NCBI GenBank assembly: GCA_902590505.1
Contig: CACIWZ010000005.1
Location: 35,082-99,081 of the forward strand
Reading direction: 5' to 3'
DNA length: 64,000 bases
DNA from: an uncultured Pelagibacteraceae bacterium
GTDB lineage: Bacteria > Pseudomonadota > Alphaproteobacteria > Pelagibacterales > Pelagibacteraceae
The position numbers and the translations under genes were made by a program. The notes beneath the pieces are model-generated. The model worked only from the letters and a program-made list of their open reading frames with translations. It made no database searches and was not told the DNA's origin. Shown here in pieces: positions 61,746-64,000 of this stretch (positions are counted from its first letter, which is position 1; each line of letters starts with the position of its first letter).

Positions 61746-62895
61746 TTATTGATCTAATTTCTTTATTTAAAAACTGCTTTGGTTTTTCACATTTAATAGA
61801 AATTCTATATTTTTTATTATTTTTTGCAGATAAATGAATTGCCTCTATTATGTTTAAAACGTGAAGAGATAAAATTCCATTACACCTATGTTGTTTCTTA
61901 TTTTGAATAGAGTTTATCATTTCTGATAATCCCACGCCTCTATAATTTGCGTTAGTAGGAGACTCATTTGCTCTAGAGCTTTGGGTTCTAATATTTATTT
62001 TTCCAAGAGTCATTTTATTTGTTTGATGATCTTTCCATGAACTGCCTAATTTCTTACTGATTAAAACAGATCCACCAAACATATTTGGATCTGGAACTAT
62101 CATAGAACCATTTTCTCCATAAAGTTCTATATGATTCCTTAGATGAGAAATAACATCAAAAGATAAAGTTAATCTAATTATTGTGCCATTATGAAATTTT
62201 ATAGTAGAAAAGTAAGTTGTTGGACACTCTACTTTAAATCTTTTACCTTTTTTTGGACCTATACCAATAGTGCGCTTATCAACTCCTTTTGAGCTTATAC
62301 TTGTTACTTCTTTAGCTGGACCTAATAAATTTACTAAGGCAGTTAAATAATACGGACCCATATCTATAACAGGCCCACCTCCTTTTTTAGCAAACCAAGG
62401 CTCTGGATTAGGATGGTAGGATTGTATTCCTGGATAGGCAAATATTCCTGTTCCAAATTTCACTTTACCTATCACTTTTTTATCTAAAAGCTCTCTTGCT
62501 TTTTGATTTCCTCCACCTAAAAAGGTATCTGGAGCATTTCCTATATAAAGTTTTTTTCTTTTTGCAATTTTTATAAGTTCTTTTCCATCTTTAAATGATA
62601 CTGCTAAAGGCTTCTCAGAATAAACATGTTTACCATTAAGTAATGATTTTTTAGCTATTAAATAATGTGCATTAGGTATTGTTAAATTTAGAACTATTTG
62701 AATCTCTTTATCTTTAAGCAATTCATTGACTGAAACTGAACTTATCTTATAAGTTTTTGCACACCTTTGAGCTGCAAATTTATTTACATCAGCGCATTTA
62801 ATTATTTTAAAATTATTGAAATATTTATGAGCTCTAAAATAAGTCTCAGCTATATGACCGCAGCCGACTAAGCCGACTTTAAAAATTTTACCCAT
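61738..62895 (-). CDS. Gfo/Idh/MocA family oxidoreductase
   Basis: GCGHIA, NLTIP..H, HVYSEKP, APDTFLG, DMGPYY. Confidence 0.9.
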   Translation of the reverse strand: MGKIFKVGLVGCGHIAETYFRAHKYFNNFKIIKCADVNKFAAQRCAKTYKISSVSVNELLKDKEIQIVLNLTIPNAHYLIAKKSLLNGKHVYSEKPLAVSFKDGKELIKIAKRKKLYIGNAPDTFLGGGNQKARELLDKKVIGKVKFGTGIFAYPGIQSYHPNPEPWFAKKGGGPVIDMGPYYLTALVNLLGPAKEVTSISSKGVDKRTIGIGPKKGKRFKVECPTTYFSTIKFHNGTIIRLTLSFDVISHLRNHIELYGENGSMIVPDPNMFGGSVLISKKLGSSWKDHQTNKMTLGKINIRTQSSRANESPTNANYRGVGLSEMINSIQNKKQHRCNGILSLHVLNIIEAIHLSAKNNKKYRISIKCEKPKQFLNKEIRSIIK

Positions 62896-62903
62896 TAAAA
62901 AGC

Positions 62904-64000
62904 TTATACACCTTTTCTCTGTTTTTTCTTCCCGTCTAGGTGTTCTTTTAGGGCTCTTTTATTTTCCTCAGTTGTAGGTAGTGAAAGAGTGGGACTTTCC
63001 CAGTACGCAGAGCCTTCTAACCATTGATAACCGTCTGTTTGAATGCTTATAACATATGTTTTCTTTGATTTTTTTGCTCTTTTAAAAGCTTCCTCCAGTT
63101 CAGATATCGAATTAACTTGTTCACCATCTGCTCCCATACTTTTTGCATGTGAGGCAAAATCAACCGGAACAAGATTTGGGGTTTTTGAGCTCTTCAATAA
63201 ACAGTTAAATTCTTTACCACCTTTATATAACTGAAGTCGATTAATAACTGCATGACCTCCGTTATCGCAAACTATAATAATTAATTTATTATTAGTTATT
63301 ACTGAACTATATATATCTGAGTTATATAGGAGGTAAGATCCATCACCTACAAAAGCTATAACTTCTTTATTTGGATTTGCCATTTTAATTCCTAATGCAC
63401 CTGAAATTTCGTAACTCATACAACTAAAACCCCATTCAGTTTCATGAGTATTTAGCTCTCTAGGCCTCCAGACTTGAACAACTTCACCTACTAAACCACC
63501 AGCAGCAGTTACTGCTATGTCTGATGGATTAGAATTTCTATAAATAGCCCCAACTGCATGAGCATAACTAGGTAATTTCTGATTTGTTGGGCCGCTTTCT
63601 TTATCAACATATTCATTCCAACTTTTTAATTCCATTTGTGCTTTTTTATTCCAGCTATCTTCTGCTTTCCAACTTCCAAGAGCTAGAGATAGTTCTGATA
63701 ATGAAACTTTTGCGTCACCAACTACTGCCTGCGCCATATGTTTGTTTGCGTCAAATCTTGCTGCGTTGATGGATACAAGTTTAAAATTTGGGTTTTCAAA
63801 ATTTGCCCAGGATCCTGTTGTAAAATCTGCTAGTTTTGTTCCGATAGCTATTGCTAAATCTGTTTTTTTTGCCATATTATTTGCTGCTTTTCCACCAAGA
63901 CCACCAATTGGGCCTAAAAAATGAGAATGATCCCTTTTCATAGTAGAGTAACCCATAACAGTTTGTGTCACTGGTATATTATGTTTTTTTGCAAAATCAG
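62904..64000 (-). CDS. iolD: THcHDO hydrolase IolD (TPP-dependent), 5' end outside the window
   Basis: GTKLADFTTGS, EWGFSCMSYE, GDGSY...N TPP motif, INRLQ; the reading frame runs off the window end. Confidence 0.92.
   Translation of the reverse strand, partial: DFAKKHNIPVTQTVMGYSTMKRDHSHFLGPIGGLGGKAANNMAKKTDLAIAIGTKLADFTTGSWANFENPNFKLVSINAARFDANKHMAQAVVGDAKVSLSELSLALGSWKAEDSWNKKAQMELKSWNEYVDKESGPTNQKLPSYAHAVGAIYRNSNPSDIAVTAAGGLVGEVVQVWRPRELNTHETEWGFSCMSYEISGALGIKMANPNKEVIAFVGDGSYLLYNSDIYSSVITNNKLIIIVCDNGGHAVINRLQLYKGGKEFNCLLKSSKTPNLVPVDFASHAKSMGADGEQVNSISELEEAFKRAKKSKKTYVISIQTDGYQWLEGSAYWESPTLSLPTTEENKRALKEHLDGKKKQRKGV

Noticed and set aside
281-63924. Many short antisense or nested ORFs in the track (e.g. 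2559-2930, 5023-5415, 21831-22184, 53979-54356)
   Set aside because: They lie opposite or within well-supported genes and have no recognisable motifs; they are shadow ORFs.

Overview
This is AT-rich, densely packed bacterial chromosome with many 1-4 nt overlaps and tiny intergenic gaps. Gene content and order point to a streamlined marine alphaproteobacterium, most likely Candidatus Pelagibacter/SAR11 (inference). Most of the window is core genome: rplQ end, rluC, lipB, mgtE, panC, galU-ugd, topA-plsY-pyrC'-pyrB-yqgF, gatCAB, umuDC with a LexA box, a TPP-riboswitch-like element before a ThiV-like symporter, tRNA-Ser(GCT), slt, dapA-smpB-folK-spoT-pyrE-pdxJ-acpS-lepB-rnc-recO, hemB, rpiB-glyA-nrdR-rib-nusB, hppA, rpmF-plsX-ihfA, rplM-rpsI-argC-hom-glpX-recJ and tRNA-Glu(TTC). 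The window ends in a myo-inositol uptake and catabolism cluster. The most notable observations are: a minimal TPP-riboswitch variant with an altered pyrophosphate-sensing half that contains the ribosome-binding site; an O-methyltransferase coupled to trhO (candidate mo5U34 pathway); a recJ stop codon inside tRNA-Glu; an orphan pilin-like protein with a non-canonical processing site; and a recurring absence of zinc-binding motifs. No CRISPR array, prophage or IS element was seen. All family calls come from motif recognition by eye, not database searches.
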